DNA of 64,000 nucleotides from Octopus bimaculoides (lineage: Eukaryota): NCBI RefSeq assembly GCF_001194135.2, contig NC_068994.1:3388540-3452539 (forward strand), read 5' to 3'. The stretch's first letter is position 1, and every line of letters begins with the position of its first letter. Both the position numbers and the translations under genes were made by a program. The notes under the pieces were generated by a model. It saw nothing but the letters and a program-made list of their open reading frames with translations, ran no database searches and was not told the origin of the DNA. Shown here piece after piece: positions 1 through 11,560 of this stretch.

Positions 1-47
<47 letters not shown>

Positions 48-135
48 GTATATATACACATACATATATATATATGCATATGTGCATATAAATATGTTTG
101 TGTCTTTATACACATGTACATAAATGTATTTATAA

Positions 136-167
<32 letters not shown>

Positions 168-458
168 ATTAATCAAAGTATACAGTAATATTAATCCATT
201 ACAGCCAATCTTATCAACCAGTTTCACACTGGCTGTTACATAACCAGGCAGTTATCTGAAACAAGTGCTCTTCAGAGATGGAGCCGTTCCCGAAGAGCAT
301 GTTTTTAGATAAGCACCCAGTGATATAACCAAATGGTAAACATCAGCTGTAATGCATCTATAGTATTGTGTACTTCAATTAATATACTCACTCTTTAGAT
401 AAATACATGAGTACCTATTTGTCCTCACTTATGGATTCTTAAACAACTATATATACAT

Positions 459-492
<34 letters not shown>

Positions 493-493
<1 letters not shown>

Positions 494-657
494 CACTCTC
501 TGAGTGGTTGGCGTTAGGAAGGGCATCCAGCTGTAGAAACTCTGCCAAATTTAGATTGGAGCCTGGTGTTGCCATCCGGTTTCACCAGTCCTCAGTCAAG
601 TCGTCCAACCCATGCTAGCATGGAAAGCGGACGTTAAACGATGATGATGATGATGAT
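493..657 (+). repeat. Dispersed repeat 3' module ending in (GAT)n (SINE/RTE-type tail)
   Basis: gagtggttggcgttaggaagggcatccagctgtagaaac..ccaacccatgc..ggacgttaaacgatgatgat recurs several times in the window. Confidence 0.75.
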
Positions 658-675
658 ACACACACACACACATGC

Positions 676-780
<105 letters not shown>

Positions 781-1017
781 TGTATCCATACATACACACA
801 CACACACTGATACATAAATCTATATAAAGTGCCTGTTGCCCTGAAGAAGCGTATTCACAACCTAAGTAAAGAACTCAATACTGCCAGTAGTAGTGTTTAT
901 TTTTCTGTTTCTGAATTGGAATGCTTACAGACATTTTTCAGTCATTTTCGGTGGACTTAAAAATGATTGAAACACATTTGCAAGCTACCATATATACATG
1001 CATACAGACATGAGTAT

Positions 1018-1075
<58 letters not shown>

Positions 1076-1150
1076 GTATATATATACACATACATACATT
1101 ATATAAATACATATATATTCACATACTTATATATATAATGTGTGTATGTA

Positions 1151-1200
<50 letters not shown>

Positions 1201-1204
<4 letters not shown>

Positions 1205-1579
1205 TTAGCTGAGTTAGACGTTAAAATAACCGTCTAAGGGATAGAATTATCCATTATACTACGGGTATATTGCCTATGTTTAACCATGGGTATACATATG
1301 AAAGCATATTATGCTCATAAATTATAGGTAAAGATAAGGATAAACATGAGTTTATCAAGAATCAAAATTTGAAGAAAACAGAAAATGGAGAAATATTGCT
1401 GAACAGCAATTGACTTACATTAATTATTATTCATTAATTCAATACAATTTATTAATTCAATGCAAATAGACTGCAGTCTATTTGTATTGAATTAATAAAT
1501 AATTGTATTGAATTAATAAATAATAATTGATGTAAGTCAATTGTTGTTCGTCAATACTTCTCCATTTTTTTTTGTTATT

Positions 1580-1580
<1 letters not shown>
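1201..1580. mobile_element. (TA)n-flanked element containing a spacerless about 190-bp palindrome (foldback/MITE-like)
   Basis: Non-microsatellite block between two (TA)n tracts; palindrome 1382-1568 centred on CTGCAG at 1471-1476. Confidence 0.45.
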
Positions 1581-1631
<51 letters not shown>

Positions 1632-2110
1632 CGTGTGTGTGTGTATGTATTGGAAAATTGCCATTTTGAACAAAATAGTATAGCACTAGTATATGCCAGT
1701 GAAACACATGTAATGGTTATGTATTGAACGATGTTATAATAAAAATGTTTAACTGAATCTCCTGTTTTATTCTGTTCTCAGATATAATCATATATATATA
1801 TATATGTATATATATATAAAACTGTGACACACATTTTTATACAAGTGTGTGCACATGTATGTAATAATGTGTGTATGTGTTTTGTATTCAGTGTTAAAAT
1901 CATGAGGTCATGTGGTCTACAGTTTAACAACATATTGTTACTTTTATATAAAACTGTTATTTATATAACACATTTCTTGTTTGTTTCTTCTTTATTCACA
2001 CTAAATTTGTTGTTGTTTGCTAAACAACTAAGTCTGATATATTATTTATGTCATTGGTTTACAATACTGAGATAATTTTTGTTTCCAATTGTGACAAATG
2101 TGCTTTGTTG

Positions 2111-2650
2111 CTGTCCCATCAGCTTATCAATTGTCCCATCAGCTTATCAATTGTCCCATCAGCTTGTCAGTTGTCCCATCAGCTTGTCAGTTGTCCCATC
2201 AGCTTATCAGTTGTCCCATCAGCTTGTCAATTGTCCCATCAGCTCATCAGTTGTCCCATTAACTTATCAGTTAACACAACAGATTGTCAGTTATCCTACT
2301 AACCTGTTCATTGTCCTATTAGCTTGTCAGTGAACCCATCAATTTGTCAAGTAACCCATCAACTTATCTATTAGCCCATCAGCTTGTTAGTTGACCCATG
2401 TATTTATGATTTAATACATCGGCCTGTCAATCATCCTATGAGCCTGTCTTTTGTCCCATCACTTCCATAAGCTTGTCAGTTTCCACAGGTTATCAATTGT
2501 CTCTTTAGTTTCTTGGTTTTCCCATCAATTTTTCAATTGTCCCATCAGCTTATTAGTCATTCCATTAGCTTGTCAGCTTGTTCCACTAGTTTGTTGGTTT
2601 GCTCATCAATCTACCAGTTGTTCCATTAGCTTCTCATTTGTTTAATTAAT
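2111..2650. repeat. 20-bp minisatellite A (TTGTCCCATCAGCTTATCAA)
   Basis: Eight near-perfect units at 2111-2270, then progressively diverged units to about 2650. Confidence 0.9.
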
Positions 2651-2849
2651 TAATCTGTTCTTCAATAACCTTTTGGTTGTTGTTTCTTTAATTATGTCGG
2701 TCATTCCATCAGTTGAGCTGCATCCATTGGTTTGTCTGTTTGCATATTAATTCATCTGATGTTCCTTTTATCAGTTTCGATTAGCTAATTAATATACAGT
2801 GTCACACCTGTACAGATTATGAACATAAGGACCTTTATGTCAGTAGCTG

Positions 2850-3525
2850 ATTTTACTATTAGCTATGATGTTTTACCGTCAATAGCTACATTTTGCTATT
2901 AATAACTACAGTTTTTGTGTCAATAGCTACATTTTACCATCAATAGCAACATTTCACCATCCATAGCTACATTCTACCACTAATAGCTACATTTTATCGT
3001 TAATAGCTACATTTTATTGTCAATAGCTACATTTCACTGCCAATAGCTAGATCTCACAATAAATAGCTAAATTTTATTGTCAACATCTGCATATCACCAT
3101 CAATAGCAACATTTTACCACCCATAGCTACATTTCACCGTCAATAGCTACAGTTTACCGTCAATAGCTACATTTTACTATCAATAGCTACATTTTACTGT
3201 CAATAGCTACATTTCACAATAAATAGCTAAGTTTTATTGTCAATAGCTGCATATCACCATCAATAGCTACATTTTACTGTCAATAGCTACATTTTACCGT
3301 CAATAGCTACATTTTACTATCAATAGCTACATTTTACTGTCAATAGCTACATTTCACAATAAATAGCTAAGTTTTATTGTCAATAGCTGCATATCACCAT
3401 CAATAGCTACATTTTACCATGAATAGCAATATTTTACTGCTAATAGCTACATTTTACTGTCAATAGTTACATTTCACAATCAATAGCTACATTTTACCAT
3501 CAGGTGCTATATTTTACTGTCATTT
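2850..3525. repeat. 20-bp minisatellite B (CAATAGCTACATTTTACTGT) with higher-order structure
   Basis: More than 30 in-register units; 3161-3260 is identical to 3301-3400 (140-bp period). Confidence 0.92.
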
Positions 3526-4278
3526 AATAGTCTGTGGAGTTACTCAGTACACTGGACAATCAATTATCACTTTCTCTGTTGTACTGACAATGGTTGTATT
3601 GTACTGTCAGCAGTTTCCATTTAACTGTCATTTGCCACAATATAACATCATTACATCGTGCAGTCAATTATTACTGTTTTGTCAATAATGATATTAAAAT
3701 CAACAATATAACCAATCAGATAAGGTTTGTCAACAATTACATTTATACTGATACGTGAAAGTAGGTGTATATAAAAGTATAGATATTGCTGTATGTATGT
3801 ATACATACAATATATGAATATGTATGCGTTATATAACTATATATATACATATAGATGTATTTATATGTGTGTATATATATGTGCATATGTATGAATGTGT
3901 ATATACATATATATATATATATATATATGTATATATTATATTATATATTACATATTTTATATATATATATATATATATAGATACACACATACACACACAC
4001 ACACATATATATATATATACATATATAAAAGTGTGTCTTGTTATATATTATTGTTATATTTACACTTGTGCATGTGCGTGCATTGTCTTTCTTTAAAAAC
4101 AAGGAATTTCTGTTTGAACAACCTAAATTAATTATTTCAAAGTTCAAATGCTTAATTTGGCATCATATTGCTTTTGTTATTGTTGTTGTTGTTGCTTGGT
4201 GTGAAGATATAAATTTTTTTTTTTATATATATAACTATTTTCTTCTGTTTCATGATAGTGACATGTCTTGGCAATGCA

Positions 4279-6702
4279 TCACTTCATGCAGTGGTTTTGT
4301 GCATCGATTGCACATTTTTGGGAAGTGTGCATTCCCTGAATGCTGGTCCAAGGACTTTGCCTGCCTTGCTTCATACTTCCGCATGGCAACGGGGCCGGTA
4401 CATTCGGCCAGTAAGAGGTTGTCATGGGCGGCATGGCGAAACTTCGCGACCACAGGTAATTATTTTCCCAGCTTTGTGGCATATCTTGTAGGTAAGGGGA
4501 AGTCATCCACGATGACGTCATTGCAGAAGCTTGTAGACGTGCCGAGGCACTGAGGGCCTGTGGGTCCCTTAGACGGTCTTTTAATATTCCAGTCCCTGAG
4601 CTGATGGACCCATCAATCAGTGATGAATTATGGAGAGGGCCATCAGGATCGGGGCTGCCACCAATACTACTGAGGTCAAGACTTGATTTCAAACCCCCAA
4701 TATTCCTTTGAAAGAGTTTATTGTCCCTGTTTGGATATGGTGATGTTAGTGCGGCTGGTGTCAATGGTGGTGACCCAACTGAAGATTTAATTGGTGTACT
4801 ACTGCCATTATTATTATTGTTATTATTATTATTATCGTTGTTGTTGTTACTTCTATCATTTGGTTTGTTCAGTGCAACTGCAGCAGCTGCTGGGGAGGTT
4901 AACGAGAACTTTGCTGTTAATTCCGCTGCTGTGTGTGTTCTCCGGTGATGATTGAGGTTTCCCCTCTGGGAAAATGCCTTTCCGCATACGTTGCATGAAA
5001 AAGGCTTCTCACCCGTATGTTTGCGCATGTGCGTCTTGAGATTTCCCTGTTGACTAAATGCCTTCTGGCACACTGTGCAGATGAATGGTTTCTCTCCGGT
5101 GTGCACCCGTTCGTGGTTCTTCAAACTGATCTGTAAAGTGAATGCTTTTGAGCACATTGTGCATTTGAACAGCTCTCCCGTGTGAGTTCGTCGATGGTTG
5201 TCAAGGTTGATTTTTTGGCAAAATGCCTTCCCACAGTCCATACAACTGTAAGGTTTCTCTCCAGTGTGGGTTCTCAAATGAATTTTCAGATTGCCCTGTT
5301 GACTAAATGCTTTTCCGCAAACTGCACAAACAAATGGTTTTTCTCCTGTATGCACTCGTTCGTGGTTTTTCCATTCTGTCTGTTGGCAGAAAGTGCGGTC
5401 ACAATATGCACAGTGGTACGGCTTTTGGCCTGTGTGAATGCGTTCATGGTTACGTAGATTTATTTGCTGGTAGAAAGCTTTTGAGCAAAACGAACACTTA
5501 AACAGATCTCCAGTGTGAATACGACGGTGATTATCTAAATTTATTTTTTGACAAAACGACTTACCACAAGTGTCGCAGTGATAGGGTTTTTCCCCGGTAT
5601 GAGTTCTTAAATGAGTTCTCAGATTTCCTTGTTGGCTAAACATTTTCGGACAGTAAGTACATTTAAAGGGCTTCTCGCCAGTGTGGACCCGTTCATGGTT
5701 GCGGAGATTAATTTGCAGAGAAAACGCTTTCGAGCAGAAGCGACAGTTGAACAAGTCTCCAGAATGGACACGCCGATGGTTGTCGAGGTTAGTTCTCTGG
5801 CTAAAAGATTTACCACAGGTTTCACAGTTGAAAGGTTTCTCTCCGGAATGTGTTCGTGCATGTATCTTCAAGTTCCCTTGTTGGCTAAAAGATTTTCCAC
5901 ACTCCAAACAAGTAAAAGGCCTTTCACCCGTATGGATCCGTCGGTGGTTTGCCAGATTGGTCCGCTGTGCAAATGCCTTTCCACAAATATCACAATTGAA
6001 TAATTTATCAGCTGACGTCAACCCTACTGAAGCTGCTCCTGCCGTATTGTCACAATGTGAACGACTAAGGTCTATGTCCTTTGTATCTTTTGGGATGCCT
6101 TGGCTGTGAAGATGAGAATGAGAAGAATAAAACGGAAATGCGGAACGACTGGAGAACATGGAGTTTGGATTGTTATTGTGGTCAGCCTCATTGTCAAAGT
6201 TACTGGTGAGGCCAAAAGAACGATCCATTGTTACTTGATCAAAGTTCTTGAAGTCAGAAGAATGTTGAAGTGGAAAAGCTCGACTGAAGAATGAAGTACT
6301 GAATGTCTTCTCTAAGTGTGTCATCTCATGAGCTTCCAGTTGGCTCCTTTGGGCGAAAAACTTTTTACAGAAGCCGCAGTAATACTGCTTGTCTTCTGTA
6401 GAGAGTCGTTCACCCCGGCTGTTGCATTGATGAAGATTGTTGCTGTTATTATTGTTGTTGTTACTACTGTTGTTGTTGTTGCTATTGTTATTGCTGTTGT
6501 CTTGGTGATGGAGGTGACTACTGCTGTTGTTCGATGTGACACGGCTTGAGAGGTTTTTTGTAAAGAAATCATAGCTGAACGGTTTCTCCATAGGAAGAGA
6601 CTTGTCATGGTATTTCACATGGCTGTTGGGGTAATAGGACTGACCATGCACCTCGAAATTGAACTGGTTCCCTGGAGTGTACATCGGCTGCACTGGATAC
6701 AT
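4279..6702 (-). CDS. C2H2 zinc-finger protein ZNF-A (807 aa; 1 isolated + 13 tandem fingers, two poly-Asn tracts, C-terminal Trp motif)
   Basis: Uninterrupted ORF with 14 CxxC-x12-HxxxH fingers and TGEKP-type linkers. Pyrimidine-rich acceptor (ttttgtAG, 6713-6712) 9 nt upstream of gcaccATG. The frame is open through the acceptor, so an upstream coding exon cannot be excluded. Confidence 0.93.
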   Translation of the reverse strand: MYPVQPMYTPGNQFNFEVHGQSYYPNSHVKYHDKSLPMEKPFSYDFFTKNLSSRVTSNNSSSHLHHQDNSNNNSNNNNSSNNNNNNSNNLHQCNSRGERLSTEDKQYYCGFCKKFFAQRSQLEAHEMTHLEKTFSTSFFSRAFPLQHSSDFKNFDQVTMDRSFGLTSNFDNEADHNNNPNSMFSSRSAFPFYSSHSHLHSQGIPKDTKDIDLSRSHCDNTAGAASVGLTSADKLFNCDICGKAFAQRTNLANHRRIHTGERPFTCLECGKSFSQQGNLKIHARTHSGEKPFNCETCGKSFSQRTNLDNHRRVHSGDLFNCRFCSKAFSLQINLRNHERVHTGEKPFKCTYCPKMFSQQGNLRTHLRTHTGEKPYHCDTCGKSFCQKINLDNHRRIHTGDLFKCSFCSKAFYQQINLRNHERIHTGQKPYHCAYCDRTFCQQTEWKNHERVHTGEKPFVCAVCGKAFSQQGNLKIHLRTHTGEKPYSCMDCGKAFCQKINLDNHRRTHTGELFKCTMCSKAFTLQISLKNHERVHTGEKPFICTVCQKAFSQQGNLKTHMRKHTGEKPFSCNVCGKAFSQRGNLNHHRRTHTAAELTAKFSLTSPAAAAVALNKPNDRSNNNNDNNNNNNNNNGSSTPIKSSVGSPPLTPAALTSPYPNRDNKLFQRNIGGLKSSLDLSSIGGSPDPDGPLHNSSLIDGSISSGTGILKDRLRDPQALSASARLQASAMTSSWMTSPYLQDMPQSWENNYLWSRSFAMPPMTTSYWPNVPAPLPCGSMKQGRQSPWTSIQGMHTSQKCAIDAQNHCMK

Positions 6703-7065
6703 GGTGCACGGCTACAAAATACAGGAAACAAAAACCAATTTAAAACACAGCAAGCAAATTTAAAATACAAGAAAATGTCACAATTCCATATATAGGAAAC
6801 ATGGATAAAATTGAAATACAAAAAAATGTGAAGCAGAAATGTATCAAGAGAAAATTATATTGAAATTTCATGACATAGATTTAGTCTTCATGATTGAGCA
6901 ATCATAGCATCAAAGGTGTTCTAGCCATGACCATCCCCTTATAATGTATCTCGAACTACATTATCTAGTGAGTCCTTGTGTGTTATTTCTAGCAGGTTGA
7001 GTGACTATGTAGAGGCCCCTTCCTTTTCTCACGAAATGGGAGGGGGGTTGTTTATGTGAGTATAT

Positions 7066-7402
7066 GCAATCTTTATATGCAACTAAACATGGGTGTATTG
7101 TTAGGACACCAAATATTGCAGCATTTGCCTTGAGAGTTCCTCTCATATAGACGTAAAGTACTAAGAGCACACATGTATATTGTAGTAGATGAGAACTGCC
7201 TGATATCGGTACCGCAACAGCTGGATCACATGATTTCTGTGTACTGTGTTTCTTCAGTGGCAGGCGCCCAGTCCCCGCATACCAGCGAAATCTGACTGCC
7301 AACAATTTACCGTTTGTCTACGTGAGAGGCTCTCTCAAGGCGAATACGGCAGTATTTGGTATTCTAATAATATATCCACGTTTAGTACGATATAAAGATT
7401 GC
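7066..7402. repeat. Inverted repeat, 87-bp arms, 163-bp spacer
   Basis: 7066-7152 is the reverse complement of 7316-7402 with 17 mismatches and no gaps by manual alignment. Confidence 0.85.
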
Positions 7403-7751
7403 CATTCGGTATTAATACTGCTTCCGTCGCTAACACACACGCACGCACGCACACATACACACACACACACATACACACACATACACACACACACGCACGC
7501 ACACACACACACACACATGACGCATTTCCATATAGTTTCCATCTACAAAATATTTTCACTATTGATCAGCCCAAGCTTATAGAAAACACTCCCCCAAAGA
7601 TACCTTTTCTGTTGCTAACACTTTTAGTCACTTATAACATGCAAGAACATGGTGTTTCTTTTCATAGACCACAATACACACAATGGCACACATACGTACA
7701 TATATAATTACAAACACACATATTAATCTCGTTCGTTCATATACTAAGACA

Positions 7752-8345
7752 CGGTGCAAAAAGTGGGCTCCAGAGAGAGGTAAGACGTGGTATGAGCACA
7801 AAGCGTATAGAGTGGCGGAGTCTGGGACCTGCAAAATCCTGTGGATTTCCCAATCCAAACAGATCAGATTCTAGAGCATAACAGACCGAACATGGTGGTA
7901 GTGGATAACATGCACCACATGTGCTATATATTTGCACCACATGTGCTCTATATTTGATGTTGCATGCCCCTTTGATCCACAAATATTGAAGAAGGAAGGC
8001 GAAAATAGATATATATACAATCCTCTTCAGTACGAAATAGCTCGGTTATGGAAAATAAAGGAGAGGAAGAAAATGTCAATTGTTGCTGTCCTTGGGGCAA
8101 CATCAGAAAGTATCAAGAGGAATATCAAGGGAATTGGAATAGAGTGCCCAGCGGAACTGTTACAAAAGGTTTGCCTCCTTGGTACGGCGAGAATAACCAG
8201 GACAGTATTTGATAGTCGAAAAGAACAGACGGCGTGGTAGCGTAGGCTGCAGGCAGCAAACCCGCTACTCATGCAAGACTTCAGGAGTTCCAACAAAACC
8301 TGAGATAAAAATAATAATAATAATAATAGTAATAGTGATGATAGA
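7752..8345 (+). mobile_element. 5'-truncated R4/Dong-like non-LTR retrotransposon (restriction-like endonuclease end + 3' UTR + (TAA)n tail)
   Basis: Frameshifted translation CKKW..WYEHK..KILW(D)FPIQTDQILEHNRPNMVVVD..CYIF/DVACPFD...EIARLW...LQKVCLLGTARITR matches the REL C-terminus of R4-clade elements; ends in aataataataataataatag. A 22-bp tandem duplication (about 7912-7956) breaks the frame. Confidence 0.8.
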
Positions 8346-8346
8346 C

Positions 8347-8600
8347 TCTCCCGTCGAAGACGACGTATGAGCGTTCAGCTTTTTTGCCGAGTGACCTGCA
8401 CAAATGATTCGTTTATAGTGATCAAATGCTTATGCTGTACATTAGTTCACTCCCTCCATCAAATCAACGTTGCCTGAACAGGTGCACAAGTGTACCACAT
8501 ATCATATCAGGTGTCAAATAGATCGCAGAGCAACGTGAGAAGAAGGGTCTTGTTCAAGAACACAACGCACCACCTGGTCTAGGAATTGAAACCCTTAGAT
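8347..8600 (-). mobile_element. SINE-like dispersed repeat fragment
   Basis: gcaacgtgagaagaagggtcttgttcaagaacacaacgca..ggaattgaaaccc resembles a reverse tRNA-head B-box segment; related fragments near 45580-45680. Confidence 0.45.
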
Positions 8601-9199
8601 ATGGTGTCTCGCTAAAAACACTGGTGATTGCGACACCTCACCAACACAGTTGTAATACCAAATAGAAATCATCAAAAACTGCGTTTATGAGACCCGAACC
8701 CAGGGTGAAGGTCTCTCGCACGGCAAGTGTTCCACTGCGCAACAGGGTGAACCTGATCGTTATCCAAATACTGCAACAAAGATTAGGAGGAAATGGACTC
8801 AAAACGATAACAGAACTGGAATGGAATGCAGAAGCGCGTCTACCGAAATTGGATACCGAAAAAGAATGCATAAAATTTGAACAAAGAAAGACATGCTCCC
8901 TATCACGGAAGAAAGACTTTTAGATCCCCAAAATTTAATCGTCAGAAGGCAGTGACTATCCCAGTTGCAACAGGAAGAGATCTCTACAATACTGAACGGT
9001 TGTGAAAGTGACAATTCTGCACATGAAGAACAAAAAACAAAAAACAAACAAAACAAAACTAGAATAAGAACAGGGCTTAGTAGAGAGACCAGTAAATTCA
9101 CACAAAAGAAACAGCTGCTCGAATGAAGGTGAATTTTACTTTGTGGAAAGGAAGACTGTTACAGAGGAAGAAAGAACCTTACTATTGGATCATGCCAGA

Positions 9200-11345
9200 A
9201 ATAATGCGGTTTTTGTTTTCAATTGCATGAACTAGAAGTCGGAGGGGGACGGGATAAACAACCTCTATCAACTTGCTATAAAAGCAGGTAGTACTTTCTG
9301 AAGCAAGTTCTTCCCAGTGCCTTATATTGATTTGCAGTTCCTTCAGGTTGCCTTTTATGCAGTCTTTGTACCTTTTTTGTAGTTTGTGCTGAGGATACTT
9401 CCAAAGTACAACTCACCGTAAACAACTGCTTCTGAATCTTATTATCCTTTAAAGCATCCGAGTAGATATGATAAGTGATGGGATGCTGACGCACCCTGCC
9501 TTTACAAGAACTTCTGTGTTCAGGTGTGTAATTTTGCCACTTGAACTTGAATATGTGTTTCAAACACATTTTGTGAAAGTGTTTAAGCAGCTTGAGATGG
9601 CTTGAGTGTACTGCCATGTTTCAGAAGACTGCAGTAGAGCTATTCGTATGCAAGTCTTGTAAACATCGAGCTTGGTCTTGCTGGAGATGCTGCAATTTGC
9701 CCAGACTCTCTTTTCAAGCTTCCCAAATGCTACAGATGCTTTCTGAATGTGTAAATGTGTTTCTGCATCTAGGGAATTTCCTCTTGATAACATGCTGCCC
9801 AGGTAAACAAAAGTGTCAACTACATCCAATTTTGTACCATACACTATATCTGGTTCAACATACAGTTTGCTTGTTGCAGGTGTAAATATTCCCCTGTTTT
9901 TCCAGATTTATTCTAAGCCCAAAGATTTTACATGAAGCAGGAAAACGATCCATACTGTGTTGTTTGTCTTCTGCAGTGTGAGCCAGGAAATCAACAAAAT
10001 CTTCATAAAGGAGTGCCCTGATCAAATTTTCAAGCGTTTCCCACTTGATGTTGAACCATCTCAAGTTGAAAACTCTTCCAAAAAATTGCAAGAGGACCCA
10101 CCATCCCCACCAAAAAAGAATTTCTTCCTAGGCCTTGCCTTATGCCTATCGTAGAAAGAATTATTGTGTAAATGATTGTTTGTGATAAAGTTAGGACGTT
10201 GACGTCCAGTACAATTCACCTGACGTGTTCCCATATAGTTTCTCCTTCTCAGGGAAAGTGGCTGAATATCCCACAAACGATTGTATCCTTAATGTGATCC
10301 CTACATAAAATCACAATCACGCCACATCGTGTATAATATGACTGCTTCTCAATTTCAAAGACAGCTTAGTTGACGGCCTTTCCCACAGTTTCCGTCGAAC
10401 CAATTTCATTCACCAAACTTGAGAAGTTTTCAAACTAATAAACCCTCTTGTTATGATTTGTAAACAACAGAGATATCTTCATTTCTGTTAAAATTCTAGA
10501 TGTCTATTCTATGAAACTAGTCTGAAGATCAAATGAACAGCAGGAGTTTCGTTGTGTTTTTAAACAGTTTACCTAATTCTTATTCAGTTCAATTATTTGT
10601 CAAGTATAGGGACCAGTTCTTTGGACAGCGGTGTGGCCTATCATATACAGACATCCTCTGGACTGAAAGATTTATTTCTCAACTACTTATTAACTATAAA
10701 GCCAGTGCCGACCGTTTAGTGACCCTGTGGGGTTCTTTTAGACCTGCTAAGACGTATTTTAGCCTCCACGTCCCCAACAAAAATCAACACTGATGTTTAC
10801 TCAACGCATAACACATTCTCCCGTCGATTTCGACGTCTGAGGAGTCCAACATCCAACTATTAGACAACCCTCACAGCACAGATGACTTGTTTATAGTGGC
10901 AAAGGCTTGTATAGGACCAGCAACATATTTGGAAATGCTGTTGGCAGGAGTTTGGTGCAAATGTTTACTAAAACCTCAACGATCAACAAACCCCAGGTTT
11001 TTCTATCAGAGTTCTCCATATCCTGGGGTAGTTGCCTTCGCCACCACTTAGAGTCTACCCCCGCTCCCTTGTAGGCTAAATGTGCACATGGATATCTTGT
11101 ACCTGGATGGCCGTTGGCTTTTCTGAGTTCATCTACCTTGGACGGGGTTTTTTTTTTATCTCGCAGGGTGTCTGAAAGCCAGTCCACTCTCCAAGCAAGC
11201 TCGGTGGGGTCGTCGGTTCAGTTGCCGACGGCCGGACCACGTGACAGGTTGTACTGGATCACATGTTACCAGTAGAGCTCGCGAGTGAGCTGACCGTAGC
11301 TCAAAATACAAGGTGACGCGAATATCGGTGTTGGGCAATACTGAC
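9200..11345 (-). mobile_element. Decayed, internally deleted RTE (BovB-like) LINE
   Basis: RT C-terminal motifs across broken frames: FNLRWF..LIRALLYED..FGLRINLEK; LDVVDTFVYLGSMLS..IQKASVAFGKL..TKLDVYK..SSETW; KRYKDCIKGNLK..WEELA. Weaker endonuclease-like remnants at about 10140-10520 and an RTE-like 5' segment (ggcgaaggcaac..ggagaactctgat) at about 10950-11050. RT part is secure, 5' extent is tentative. Confidence 0.7.
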
Positions 11346-11389
11346 ACAACTTGTGAGCTAAACAACCTGCCCCTTCACTACCACTGCAC

Positions 11390-11402
11390 CATAGTAGTAG
11401 TG

Positions 11403-11442
<40 letters not shown>

Positions 11443-11560
11443 CAGTAGCAGTAGTAGAAGTAGTAGTAGTAGGAGGAGGGGGAACAACGAAGTCTTGTGA
11501 CACCACAACCACCACCACTCCCTTACCACCACCACCACCACCACCACCACCACTGCTATT
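11390..11560. repeat. Trinucleotide microsatellites (GTA)n and (CCA)n
   Basis: Directly visible; (CA)n, (TA)n, (TG)n and (GA)n tracts are also pervasive throughout the window and are not listed individually. Confidence 0.9.

Noticed and set aside
2111-3525. CRISPR-like regular repeats
   Set aside because: Units are contiguous with no unique spacers, there are no cas genes, and the context is eukaryotic; these are minisatellites.
4721-6549. Multiple plus-strand ORFs overlapping ZNF-A, and similar antisense ORFs over ZNF-B, -C and -D
   Set aside because: Typical shadow ORFs antisense to repetitive zinc-finger and trinucleotide coding sequence.
8638-9101. Short ORFs with a faint resemblance to a LINE endonuclease (..DDFYLVLQ)
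   Set aside because: Too few motif residues, and it lies on the wrong side of the neighbouring RT fragment; cannot be supported without a profile search.
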